Shown here one piece after another: positions 37,255 to 45,617 of a DNA stretch of 64,000 nt. The stretch is from positions 1-64,000 of IMG/VR virus record IMGVR_UViG_3300037067_026010; one strand, given 5' to 3'. Position 1 is the stretch's first letter; every line of letters starts with the position of its first letter. Made by a program: the position numbers and the translations under genes. The stretch comes from a virus (lineage: Duplodnaviria > Caudoviricetes). The notes below the pieces were generated by a model. The model made no database searches. It worked only from the letters and a program-made list of their open reading frames with translations, and had not been told where the DNA came from.

Positions 37255-38514
37255 TCAAAAGATGCCGAAGTCCGGTATGGTTGTCCATGCCGGAGCAACC
37301 GCAGGCGGCGTGGCCACGAGCGGCTGATCGGTATTTTCGACTGAAACGGTTTCTGTAACCGGCTCCACAACGGTTATATCCACCACGTCAGGGCCGTACT
37401 CTCCCTGCTTTTCGTAGACCAGTACATATTCGCCAGGGTCCAGACCCATGGCCTCCGCCCAGGTGCCATTACCGACGGTGTGAGTTGCTGCAACGATCGC
37501 AGAGGCGTCCGGTGCGCCTAGGGCTTGATCGTAGTCCTCTTTCCGGTAAGCAGTTACGGTGGCGCCGACGATCGGGCACGGACACTCTCCGGTATCGTCG
37601 ATATAAGCCAGCGCGTTTTCGCCGCCGTAGTCGTGGTTTACGTAAATGCTGCCGCATCCAGCCAGGGACAGATATTCGGTCATGCGGGCTTGTGAAATCT
37701 GCAGGCCCTTGACCGGCAGCCTGTAAATCACATCCGTGAATTCGGCCAGGCGCAAGGTTACGTCCAGGACGAGCGGCACACTGCGGATACCGGCTTTTTC
37801 TTCCACGGAGTCCACGAACCACCGCTCGTCGGAATCCGCGTCGACGAAGATGTCTTCTTTGTTCAGCATGGGAAATGCCGTAACTCGGCAATGCTGTACG
37901 ACCTCACGGCTCTGCCCCGGCGGCGCAGCGCCATTACGGCGCTCCGTGTGCGAAGCACTGCCGGTTTCGAGCATCCAGGTAAAGGCCAGCGGAGGATGGT
38001 ATCCCGTACTGAAGCCGGTTCCGAAACATTCCGGGCAGCGGCTGTTGGTAATTTCCTCGGTCTGCGGGTCCAGGCAGTTTTGGCAACGCTGCCCGTACCG
38101 CAATCGCTTTAACAGGTACCCGCTCTTAGCCGCTTGCTTCCCTAAGAGCAATTCCTTGCGCACAATCTCGCGGGCGAGTATCCAATCCTTGTCCGACAGG
38201 CTGCCGAAACAGTAAATCGGCTCTGACACGTATTGCTGGACGGGCGTCGTTAGGACGACGCGGTAAAATACGTCGAGTGTTTTACCGTAGAGCCGTTTCT
38301 GCGTATCCACGGCCATCAAGCCATTGACCACAGGATCAGCGACATTTTCCCAGTCGGCTGCCGTAGAGGCGTTAGTGCGGCCGGCCTGGAGCTGAAAAGT
38401 GTACGGGCCGGGGTCGAGCAGATGCTCGGCTATCTCCCACCACACCTGCGTACCGCCTTCCACGACATGGTTGACGCGTAACCGGCGAAAAGGGAAGGAG
38501 GAGGTGTTGGGCAT
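37255..38514 (-). CDS. neck/head-closure protein with Zn-ribbon motif
   Basis: RCQNC...RCPECFGTGFSTGYHPP; N-terminal FN3-like W..YTFQL..W..YRV; C-terminal Ig-like domain. Confidence 0.6.
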   Translation of the reverse strand: MPNTSSFPFRRLRVNHVVEGGTQVWWEIAEHLLDPGPYTFQLQAGRTNASTAADWENVADPVVNGLMAVDTQKRLYGKTLDVFYRVVLTTPVQQYVSEPIYCFGSLSDKDWILAREIVRKELLLGKQAAKSGYLLKRLRYGQRCQNCLDPQTEEITNSRCPECFGTGFSTGYHPPLAFTWMLETGSASHTERRNGAAPPGQSREVVQHCRVTAFPMLNKEDIFVDADSDERWFVDSVEEKAGIRSVPLVLDVTLRLAEFTDVIYRLPVKGLQISQARMTEYLSLAGCGSIYVNHDYGGENALAYIDDTGECPCPIVGATVTAYRKEDYDQALGAPDASAIVAATHTVGNGTWAEAMGLDPGEYVLVYEKQGEYGPDVVDITVVEPVTETVSVENTDQPLVATPPAVAPAWTTIPDFGIF

Positions 38515-38559
38515 GGGTGTTTGTCGGATAAAAGCGGTGCTTAATTACCGCGGCTTGCT

Positions 38560-39654
38560 TTATTTGCACACATATCCACCACTATTTCTTTGCGCATAGC
38601 CGTACAGCGCGTATCCGCTGCCGATACCGCCCCAGCATGCCTCCAGATTCAATTCAGCCTTCTTGCGGCGTACGAATTCCGTGTAGGTGCTCCACCGGCG
38701 TGCAGCAGCGGCTTCGTAGTTCTGCTCCTTGTCCTGATCGTCGATATTAACCCCAGCGGCGCTGTACTGCAGCCGGTTCGCCCGGAACTGCTCCGCTGCC
38801 ATCATGAAGAGTTGCCCGCAGATCCCCTCCAGCCAGTGGTAGCGGTAGGGCATAGTCTGCGAAGTGTGTTGTACGATGTCCGGAGGTATTTCATTCCAAT
38901 AGGCCAGGGCATTTACGGCGGCAGACGCGATTTCAGCGTCGTCGAATTTTATATTGTCCAACAAGAAATTTTCGTTTCCGTCGCTGTCGCGCAGGTGCAA
39001 GCGCACTTCTGCAATCGACGGCGGCCCGTGCGGCCCGCGCCGCGACCAGAGGCTTCGATCGATATACAGGTAAAAAATGTTCGAAAAAAGAATATATTCC
39101 GCGGCTTCTGCATCGTCGTCGTTGACCAGCGCCATCTCCGCGAAATAAACGCCAGGCTGATTCGTCGCCTCCGCCGGTATGGTTGCGGAAACGACGCCAT
39201 TTGGCGCGTCGATGATCGTCGCTGGAAACTCATGCCTGCTCATGTCCACCAACTCGTTATACCCGACTGCCAAATACTCATGAATGCGCAATTTCAGGTG
39301 GTACGGCGCCTGGCAGGCCTGCCCGGCATTTGGATCTTCCTCCGGCAAGGTCTCGCCGTCCGGCGTCAAAAGGATTTGTTCCGAATCCAATTCCGTGGCA
39401 CACTCCAGACAGTCCGTCAGATCCACCGGATTGCCGGTGCGGTCCTGCATCGTCCAGCGAATTACGGCTTGCTGGCCGCTGCGCACCGTAATGGCCCGCA
39501 TACGGCTCAAGATCGGACGTTTATTTACTGTGGACAACGGCGCCGTTAGAATGTTTTGGCCGCCGCAGAACTGCGGGGTCAAACGCACCGGTTTTGGACT
39601 TGGCGCGTCGCATGGCGACTGCGCGGTAAGTGTCGGGGTAGCATTTACGGCCAT
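38560..39654 (-). CDS. neck/head-tail adaptor protein
   Basis: AAGGAG SD; EVRLHLRD..ENFLLDNIKFDDAEI..A...AL..WNEIPP; N-terminal beta domain. Confidence 0.6.
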   Translation of the reverse strand: MAVNATPTLTAQSPCDAPSPKPVRLTPQFCGGQNILTAPLSTVNKRPILSRMRAITVRSGQQAVIRWTMQDRTGNPVDLTDCLECATELDSEQILLTPDGETLPEEDPNAGQACQAPYHLKLRIHEYLAVGYNELVDMSRHEFPATIIDAPNGVVSATIPAEATNQPGVYFAEMALVNDDDAEAAEYILFSNIFYLYIDRSLWSRRGPHGPPSIAEVRLHLRDSDGNENFLLDNIKFDDAEIASAAVNALAYWNEIPPDIVQHTSQTMPYRYHWLEGICGQLFMMAAEQFRANRLQYSAAGVNIDDQDKEQNYEAAAARRWSTYTEFVRRKKAELNLEACWGGIGSGYALYGYAQRNSGGYVCK

Positions 39655-39707
39655 GTTCGTGCTCCTTGCAATAACATTGTATCAGACTGCTGCCCCCCGC
39701 CATAGCT

Positions 39708-39733
39708 AAAAAAAGCCGGGCTTGTAGCCCGGC
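39708..39733 (-). terminator. intrinsic terminator
   Basis: GCCGGGCT-aca-AGCCCGGC-TTTTTTT on the minus strand. Confidence 0.85.
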
Positions 39734-39752
39734 ACACGCTTTAAATCAGCCG

Positions 39753-40247
39753 CTAACGCCGCACATCTTGTTGCAACCGCAAGATATCGCGAATGCGCAC
39801 GGTCTCCGTTGCGGCCAAGCGTACATACCACCTGGTCAACGGCTGAGCCGCGTCTGCGTCGCGGACGGCATTCAAGCCTAGGCAGACGTGTCCTGGCGAC
39901 CAGGGAAGCTCGGTGTATAGTATATAGTGCACCGCAGGCAGCGTTTGCAGCGCCAGCAGCCAGCCTGGTAAATCTTGCATAGGCAGTTCTTGCCCGTTCA
40001 AGGCGATGCCGGCAAGGCGACCGTCTACAAGGGAAAACTGCAGTACATCGCACGGCCGTAGGCACACGTACAGTAACCCGAGTTTACGCTGCACCAGGCA
40101 CGCGAGCACGAGCGCGACAACTGCACCGAGTAGACTCAGGTAAGACACGTAGCTGGGCCAGTGCGGAGCGCACGACGGCAGCACGGCGGCGGCGATTAAA
40201 AGCACCGCGAAGCTTATCAACGCCAGACATTGTCGCAAAATTTCCAT
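39753..40247 (-). CDS. membrane protein (2 N-terminal TM helices, 164 aa)
   Basis: GGAG SD before MEILRQCL; two hydrophobic segments. Confidence 0.6.
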   Translation of the reverse strand: MEILRQCLALISFAVLLIAAAVLPSCAPHWPSYVSYLSLLGAVVALVLACLVQRKLGLLYVCLRPCDVLQFSLVDGRLAGIALNGQELPMQDLPGWLLALQTLPAVHYILYTELPWSPGHVCLGLNAVRDADAAQPLTRWYVRLAATETVRIRDILRLQQDVRR

Positions 40248-40310
40248 GCTATTGCTCCAAATCAGTTGGGAGGCCGAATCCTGGCCTCGACTTATGCACA
40301 AAACGCCCCG

Positions 40311-40511
40311 TCAGTCTTTCTTGCCCGGCGGGCAGCTCGCCAATCCCGCCACGATGCCCACAACGATACTCCATGAGGGCGTGGCAAAGAAAGGCCAACG
40401 AGGTGTCGAGACAAAACAGCTGATAAGATAAAACATGCCGTAAGACCCGAGGCAGGCGGCCGCCGCAGCGACTGCCAAGCGTATCGCGTAGGTAAGAGAA
40501 TAACGACTCAT
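40311..40511 (-). CDS. small membrane protein (66 aa, 2 TM)
   Basis: AAGGAG SD; hydrophobic. Confidence 0.65.
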   Translation of the reverse strand: MSRYSLTYAIRLAVAAAAACLGSYGMFYLISCFVSTPRWPFFATPSWSIVVGIVAGLASCPPGKKD

Positions 40512-40547
40512 AACAAAAACTCCTTAGTTAAAAAGTAAGATGATCGC

Positions 40548-40784
40548 CTATTCGTGAAATCTCCCCGATCGCCACTTGGAATAACGTAAACATAACGCCA
40601 AGCGGACGATCACGCACCGGCCACCCGGCCAGAAGAAGGCACGCAACGCCCGGAACCACCACGTACGGGGAACTACCATGTTGCCATTGACCACCGGGTA
40701 TCGCCGTATGAGGATTTCGATAAAAATTTCCGTACAGAGGAGATACGTGCACACTGCCGCCAAAATGTACAGAACGTATATCAT
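40548..40784 (-). CDS. small membrane protein (78 aa)
   Basis: N-terminal TM helix; AFFWP motif; AAAGG SD. Confidence 0.6.
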   Translation of the reverse strand: MIYVLYILAAVCTYLLCTEIFIEILIRRYPVVNGNMVVPRTWWFRALRAFFWPGGRCVIVRLALCLRYSKWRSGRFHE

Positions 40785-40836
40785 TTGCCGCTGCCTTTCT
40801 CCGCCCGGACGGTAAAGTTTTGAAGTAACATTTTCT

Positions 40837-40929
40837 TCAATCCTCGCTGAAGGGGTATAAAATGATTTGTCTCCTTAAAATAACGGATTGCCGTATATAA
40901 ACATCGCCGCGTCGCAGCGGGTTATGCAT
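40837..40929 (-). CDS. possible 30-aa peptide directly after promoter copy 3
   Basis: Strong AAAGGAGGT SD; MHNPLRRGDVYIRQSVILRRQIILYPFSED*. Confidence 0.4.
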   Translation of the reverse strand: MHNPLRRGDVYIRQSVILRRQIILYPFSED

Positions 40930-40991
40930 GGTACACCTCCTTTGTGGTGAATTGGCAACTGTGCCGTTAGATAAATGCGCATCATCTATTC

Positions 40992-41019
40992 AATATGCCC
41001 GATTTATGCGCATTTTTTA
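40992..41019 (-). promoter_or_regulatory. putative phage promoter TAAA-N16-GGCATATT (copy 3)
   Basis: Minus strand gTAAA-AAATGCGCATAAATCG-GGCATATTg, 12 nt downstream of a terminator. Confidence 0.65.
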
Positions 41020-41031
41020 CTGAGAAGACCT

Positions 41032-41067
41032 AAAAGAAAAGCGGACCTCTTGCGAGATCCGCTTTTC
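41032..41067 (-). terminator. intrinsic terminator ending the head operon
   Basis: GAAAAGCGGATCTC-GCAA-GAGGTCCGCTTTTC-TTTT. Confidence 0.85.
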
Positions 41068-41120
41068 CGAGCAACGGTCCTACTGGATAGTCTGGACGCA
41101 GGTATGCTAAGTAGCGCGCG

Positions 41121-41501
41121 CTAGGCAGAGGCAAATACCGAAGATCCTTCTTCGACGCCCCATTCCCAGCTCGGGTCGATGATCCCCAAGACGCCGTTGC
41201 GCAGCGCGGGCACCTTGGAGGGATCGGTTGCGAGCGGATCGTTGAGCACGGGAGGTGGTGTACTGACCACCGTCAACGACGGCGTGCGTTGTCCGGAATC
41301 GCCGGTTAGGGCGCGGGCCAACGCGTTAAACTTGCGCCGGCTGGTGCCTACCGCCAGTTTGGTCAGAAGGTTTCCGGGTTCCGTATAGGCTTCCGCCGCG
41401 CCAAGCCGCCGGCCGTGTACGCCCAGAAAACTGAACGTGCGATCGACTCCGGAGTTATTGACGACGGTCGTATAGAGGTCAGCTGCAGTAGGTGTGGACA
41501 T
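41121..41501 (-). CDS. hypothetical, probably virion, protein (126 aa)
   Basis: AGGAG SD before MSTPTAADL. Confidence 0.7.
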   Translation of the reverse strand: MSTPTAADLYTTVVNNSGVDRTFSFLGVHGRRLGAAEAYTEPGNLLTKLAVGTSRRKFNALARALTGDSGQRTPSLTVVSTPPPVLNDPLATDPSKVPALRNGVLGIIDPSWEWGVEEGSSVFASA

Positions 41502-41599
41502 GACTGTCTCCTGATGGACTGGTAATGGGCCGAGACCCAGCATTAGCGGCAATAATGACGGCAACATACTGGGCTAAACCGCTAAAAGGCATTTAATGG

Positions 41600-41959
41600 T
41601 TACGCGGCCGGTTGCGCGGCAGCGAACAAACTCAACACGGCATTCGCCAATTGCGGATCGCTTGCCGCCTCGGTGGCGGCTTGTTTGATCACGGCAGCGT
41701 CGGCAGGCGCCGTTTGGCCGCCGAGTTGCGCTTGCAACTGCGCAGCCGCGGCCTTCAGCAAATTTTTGCTGCTCGGCTGCGCCTGATGGTACGCCGTGCG
41801 CAATTGCTCTGCCATGCCCAACATTTGTCTGGCTTCCTCGGCGTCCGCCGGCTGGATGCCGTAATCCTGGGCAAGCTTCGCAAAGAAACACGGATTGTAA
41901 ACACGCTCCTGGATTGCGGCAAATGCCGTTTCGGGGGCGAGGGGTTGGGTAGCGGGCAT
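41600..41959 (-). CDS. head-associated helical protein with K-x-A motifs (119 aa)
   Basis: GGAG SD; FFAKLAQ, LKAAA, IKQAA. Confidence 0.7.
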   Translation of the reverse strand: MPATQPLAPETAFAAIQERVYNPCFFAKLAQDYGIQPADAEEARQMLGMAEQLRTAYHQAQPSSKNLLKAAAAQLQAQLGGQTAPADAAVIKQAATEAASDPQLANAVLSLFAAAQPAA

Positions 41960-42205
41960 GGCAAGGGTCTCCGGGTGAGAACGAAAATTTTACGAACTTT
42001 TGCGTAATTTACGGTCGGCGCACTTGTGGCAAGTTGGACAACATACGCGGTAGCTCGCTGGGAGACTTAGTACTGCATGGCGTACATTGTCCGAATTGTC
42101 AAAGAGCAGGTCTCGGACCTGGCGTCGTAAGTGCAACGCCAGGTCCGAGGTAGGCATGTGTCCGAAATGTGCCATTCAAACGGTTAGGCACATTGATTGG
42201 CTTGC

Positions 42206-43135
42206 TCAACTGAAGTCTGCGCGGGCGATACCGCCGGAATGCCCGATGGCGCCACCGCAAGTCTCATAAGAAAAGAATTCGAGCATGAATGCTTCTCTTT
42301 TGACGTACATAGTGGTGTCTTCCAGCAGATACGATTTCCCGATAAATTTCGGGTCCGCGAACATGAAAATCGTGTCGTCGGGAACCAGATCGCGTTTGAT
42401 CGTGATAACCCAGGTGCAACCGAGGAAGTTGACCTCGGCCCAGCCGTTCTTGACGATATCTTGCGAGAAATCGCCGCCCATCTCGTCACGGCCGAACTTC
42501 ATCGGTTCCTTGATCGTGACATTGTTGATGAGGCAGGTGTGCACTTCGAGGTGCGACGGTCCGCGCGGCATGATTTTGAGCATGTCGCACAGCGATTCAC
42601 GCGTGATGCCGCCTTCGATGGTTTCCCATTGAACCTGGTTGCCGTTGTACGGCACCGGAACGTCGGGACCGATCATTACCGCGTTGCACGCGGTAATATA
42701 TTTAGAATCTTCTTCCGCCAGCATGTCCTTTATGGCATTGTCCGAAAGGACTTGGCGGATATCCATGACCCACGTACGCAATTCGTCGACGTCCTTCGTG
42801 AATCGCGGTGTAACGATTCGGTCGAACATGACGCGGTAGCGCGGGCCGCGGATGTAGATATTGATCGGCAGCGTGGCGAACGGGATCGAAATCGCTGCGG
42901 GGGAGTCCGGTTCTTTATCGACGACTTTAACCGGCTTGTCGGTATCGACTTGACGGTCAAGTTCGTCGTTGCTGAGCTGGAGCGGCGGCAAAATACGACG
43001 GTAAAAACCGTCTTCACGCATCTTGGTGCGCGTGAAGTCGTTGACCGCGTCGATGGCCTGTTTCTCCATGCCCGGCGTCGAGAGCTGCTCAAACAAAGTC
43101 TCGTTGAGCAGTTGCGTATCGGCTCGAGAAGCCAT
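42206..43135 (-). CDS. major capsid protein (HK97-like fold inferred, ~309 aa)
   Basis: GGAGG SD before MASRAD; follows protease, scaffold and decoration genes; REDGFYRRILPP, TP.F.KDVDELR, LAEED, FFSYETCGGAIG.....A..DF; strongly biased (C/G-ending) codon usage. Confidence 0.8.
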   Translation of the reverse strand: MASRADTQLLNETLFEQLSTPGMEKQAIDAVNDFTRTKMREDGFYRRILPPLQLSNDELDRQVDTDKPVKVVDKEPDSPAAISIPFATLPINIYIRGPRYRVMFDRIVTPRFTKDVDELRTWVMDIRQVLSDNAIKDMLAEEDSKYITACNAVMIGPDVPVPYNGNQVQWETIEGGITRESLCDMLKIMPRGPSHLEVHTCLINNVTIKEPMKFGRDEMGGDFSQDIVKNGWAEVNFLGCTWVITIKRDLVPDDTIFMFADPKFIGKSYLLEDTTMYVKREAFMLEFFSYETCGGAIGHSGGIARADFS

Positions 43136-43224
43136 GGGCTTAACCTCCATGTTGGTGTCAAAGCGCCCGTAATGAGCGCTGGGCTAACGGATTGAACAAA
43201 TAATGTGGCTTGAGCTACGGCCTA

Positions 43225-43791
43225 TCAGGCGTAAGCGCCGGGCAGCCAGACCGGCCAAAAGTCGAGTACGTAAACACCGTGACTGTTGCGGAACGCGCCG
43301 TCGGCGACGACACCGCACACGGGGTCGACGAACTGTTGTACGTCACCATTCACCCCCGTCCCTACGTTGGTGAGCACACCGCCGGTGGCCAACGTGGTGT
43401 TGGCTACGGTGGCCGTCAGCAAATCGCCGGTGACGTAGGATTGCGTGGCGTCGAATTCGGTCGACTGGATTTCATAGCCGCCCGTGGCGACCAGGCCCGA
43501 CATAACGCCGGTGGGGGCAATGGCCTGTTGCATGAACAGCCCGCTTGCCGTGGTACCGGGATTGGCCACGTCGAAGTCGTTGCTGGCTTGCAAGAGGAAA
43601 ATGGCCATGTCCGTTTGGCCGACACCGGTTTCGAATTCACCGGCGCTATTCAGGTGGACCACGCGGCCCGCCGGAAGGTCAAACGTCACGTTGGCGGACA
43701 ATTTCGCCGATTTATCGAGAGCCGCCGGTTGGAACCACCCCTTCGGGACGTCCAAACCGTGCTCGAACATAAGTCCAGGAGTTGCAGGCAT
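43225..43791 (-). CDS. putative capsid decoration/stabilisation protein
   Basis: Beta-rich, 188 aa, immediately upstream of the capsid gene; GGAGG SD. Confidence 0.6.
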   Translation of the reverse strand: MPATPGLMFEHGLDVPKGWFQPAALDKSAKLSANVTFDLPAGRVVHLNSAGEFETGVGQTDMAIFLLQASNDFDVANPGTTASGLFMQQAIAPTGVMSGLVATGGYEIQSTEFDATQSYVTGDLLTATVANTTLATGGVLTNVGTGVNGDVQQFVDPVCGVVADGAFRNSHGVYVLDFWPVWLPGAYA

Positions 43792-43851
43792 TGGATAAAA
43801 CCTCCATGTCTATGGTGTACGGGAATTCAAACTCCCGCTTTTCGCTATGAA

Positions 43852-44277
43852 TTAAACCGTCGGCGGTGCCAAACCGAGCCGACGGAACAGGTTCACGTCT
43901 GATTGCTTGACCCGGGTGCTGCGCTGGCCGACATACGGGTTGCTCAGGGATGCGCCGGGATCGTAAGCGGCGGTCTTTAATTGACCGTCGGCCGGTTCGC
44001 CCAGCCGCTGTTCGCCGGCGTTGCGGTGCTGTGCCACATGGGCCAGCAACTCCAGCGCCTTGACCGGATCGGCCAGGGTGGCCGCGGCCTTTTCGCGTTG
44101 CTCCGGGAGAATCCGCTCGTTTTCGACCAAAGCGTCGACAACGCCGGGGATAAGGGCCTGGCAAGCCGCTTTAACACGGTCCGTTTGGGCTATGGCCGCT
44201 GCCGCTTTTTCCAGAGCCGCCGAGGAATAACCGATGTGCTCCACGATCTTTTCGGGAAGCGTAAGTTGGGTAGCCAT
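43852..44277 (-). CDS. head-associated (scaffold/core-like) protein with K-x-A motifs
   Basis: GGAGG SD; EKAA, VKAA, EKAA, LKTAA. Confidence 0.7.
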   Translation of the reverse strand: MATQLTLPEKIVEHIGYSSAALEKAAAAIAQTDRVKAACQALIPGVVDALVENERILPEQREKAAATLADPVKALELLAHVAQHRNAGEQRLGEPADGQLKTAAYDPGASLSNPYVGQRSTRVKQSDVNLFRRLGLAPPTV

Positions 44278-44347
44278 TCAAAAATCCTCCATGATCAAAG
44301 GCCGTGCTAATCCGTCCCTCGATTGCTTTTACAAGAGAAAGGATGCG

Positions 44348-45571
44348 TTATGACAGGCGCAATAATTCGCGGATCGTTGCTTTCATGCTGTCGCGGAGAT
44401 CCCGCGCACGTTTTGTGCTGGCGGCCTTGATCTGATAACGGCCGGAACGCTTGAAGGCAATAACGCGTTGCGCGGCGAGTTTCAGGCCTTCGGCCGGTCC
44501 GGCGCCACCGGCATCGGGTGTAGGCACAGCAGGTCCTGCCGGCGGAATTTCCGGGGCGGGTTCCGGATTGCCTGCGGCCGGGTTGGCTGCGGCCGCTTCG
44601 GCCAAAGCTTCCGGCGGAATGCCCAACTCCTCGAGAGCTGCGGCAAGTTCCTGCAAGGCCTCTTCCTCGGACGGCTGTGCCGGAGCAGCGGGTGCACCGC
44701 CGAGACCAGCATCTCCGCCGCCTCCGCCGGCACCGAGAAGTGCACCAAGATCGCCGGCACCTGCTTCAGGGGGCGGCGCGCCAGCACCAGCCTCGGGCGG
44801 TGGTCCGCCGGCATCGACGGGCACCGTCGGGTCACGCGGCTTGTCATCCGCCTCGGCTTCCGCCGCCTTTTTGCAGTATTCCGTATAGTATCCGCCGAAG
44901 AGATCGGCGTCGGTGTGGGCGTCACGAATGGTTTGTGCGAGGCAATCCTCGACGGTTTTTTGGGCAGCCGTCTTTTGCAGGCCAAGCACGGTTGCTAACT
45001 CGTATCCGGCTTGCGCGGCGGCGTCCGCTGCGGATGGCGCAACCGTGGCGGGCGCAGTCGCTTGTTTTTGCAAGCGTTCCCCGAAGCCGTTGGCGAGATC
45101 CGCCAAAATATCGTTTGCCAGCGCCGCGGCCTTGGAACGTCCGGCGGCAAAGCTGACGGAGCTGTACTTTTCGCCGTCTTCAGCGTTGGCGGGATGCGTG
45201 GTACCGGGGTCGTCCTTCGTGCCCTTGTAGGCGTCTTCCGTGGACGGGTCTTCGCCGGTTGGTGATTTGGTGGTGCCGATCTGCACTTGTTGATCCTGGG
45301 ATTCGCCAGGTTTTGCTTCCGACATGCTGTCGACGCCCGGTGCGCCCTGATCTTTTTTCACGTCCGCCGCGTTTTCGGTGGAGCGCGCGCCCTCAGTGGC
45401 GTTCTGCACGTTATTGTCCACGTCCTTAACGGGATGCGTGGTATCGCCTTGATAGCCGCCGGGATCATCGGGCGTAGCGGCTGTTTTTGAACGCGCGGCC
45501 GCCTGCTTTTGCACCTGAATTTCCTCGGTCATAGCATGCAGGGCTGCGAAGAGGCTCGTTTTTTGACTCAT
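44348..45571 (-). CDS. putative scaffolding/prohead core protein (acidic, Pro/Ala/Gly-rich)
   Basis: Between protease and capsid genes; low complexity; many K-x-A sites; AAGGAG SD. Confidence 0.65.
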   Translation of the reverse strand: MSQKTSLFAALHAMTEEIQVQKQAAARSKTAATPDDPGGYQGDTTHPVKDVDNNVQNATEGARSTENAADVKKDQGAPGVDSMSEAKPGESQDQQVQIGTTKSPTGEDPSTEDAYKGTKDDPGTTHPANAEDGEKYSSVSFAAGRSKAAALANDILADLANGFGERLQKQATAPATVAPSAADAAAQAGYELATVLGLQKTAAQKTVEDCLAQTIRDAHTDADLFGGYYTEYCKKAAEAEADDKPRDPTVPVDAGGPPPEAGAGAPPPEAGAGDLGALLGAGGGGGDAGLGGAPAAPAQPSEEEALQELAAALEELGIPPEALAEAAAANPAAGNPEPAPEIPPAGPAVPTPDAGGAGPAEGLKLAAQRVIAFKRSGRYQIKAASTKRARDLRDSMKATIRELLRLS

Positions 45572-45617
45572 TGGTATGTCACTCCTTTGACAGGTTGGGC
45601 AGGCAGTCGTTACTGCA

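Noticed and set aside
39665-39700. Possible late promoter (TGATACAAT) upstream of the neck gene, and similar -10-like boxes near 7635, 37105 and 53905
   Set aside because: Too degenerate to establish a consensus by eye
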